From positions 213,466,001 through 213,530,000 of the forward strand of contig OZ024740.1 in NCBI GenBank assembly GCA_964016885.1: 64,000 nucleotides of DNA, written 5' to 3'. The notes beneath the pieces were generated by a model. The model was not told the origin of the DNA. It saw only the letters and a list, made by a program, of their open reading frames with translations, and searched no databases. This DNA comes from Eledone cirrhosa. Taxonomy: Eukaryota. A program made the translations under genes and the position numbers. Within the stretch, counting starts at the first letter, position 1. Each line of letters opens with the position of its first letter. Shown one piece after another: positions 63,685 to 64,000 of the stretch.

Positions 63685-64000
63685 ATATATATGTATATAT
63701 ATATATGTGTGTGTAAGTGTTTTTGTATGTGGTTGTGAGTATGTAAATATATTTTATTCTTTCCATTCTGCAAAAACACTCTGGCCACCTGTGGCTTGTA
63801 TGTTAACTTGACCACTCACCCCAGTCTGTGCCATGATTCTGTCTTGTTTAATGTTTAATTTCTATTACCAACCCACCTAAAAAAAAAATTTCCCTACTAT
63901 ATATCTGTGGATTTACTATTCTTGGGGTTTTTATTTATTTATTTTTTTATTTATTTTATTTATTTATTTATTCATTTATCTATTTATTCATTTATTTATT

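Noticed and set aside
62620-63815. ORFs rich in YI, HT and CV repeats
   Set aside because: They are translations of (TA)n and (CA)n microsatellites.

Overview
Repeat-dense eukaryotic (metazoan) genomic DNA, probably from an octopus or another coleoid cephalopod. That is an inference from the SINE types, the RTE/CR1/Penelope content and the abundant (TA)n, (CA)n and (GAT)n microsatellites. About 29.5 kb is two giant minisatellite arrays: a 39-bp unit (~128-12885, ~327 copies) and a 45-bp unit (~16404-33085, ~370 copies). The huge repetitive ORFs in the track are read-through of these arrays. Both units align to the same ~48-bp segment, which is present in the 5' region of an RTE LINE (54630-54680) and in the body of its partner tRNA/CORE-like SINE. 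The 45-bp array grows directly out of a SINE copy, and nearly every unit carries a near-canonical heat-shock element (tGACtgTTCtaGAAc). One real host exon, absent from the ORF track, is visible: a minus-strand first coding exon at 41815-41900 (MDIAASSRRKALAIRQWTVQRKNLVNICR) resembling the N-terminus of RUNDC3A/B. Both arrays therefore probably lie in its first intron (>41 kb). The rest is decayed RTE, CR1, CRE-like and Neptune-type Penelope retroelements, two SINE families, a mariner-type MITE, several Penelope-type hammerhead ribozyme motifs and many fold-back elements.
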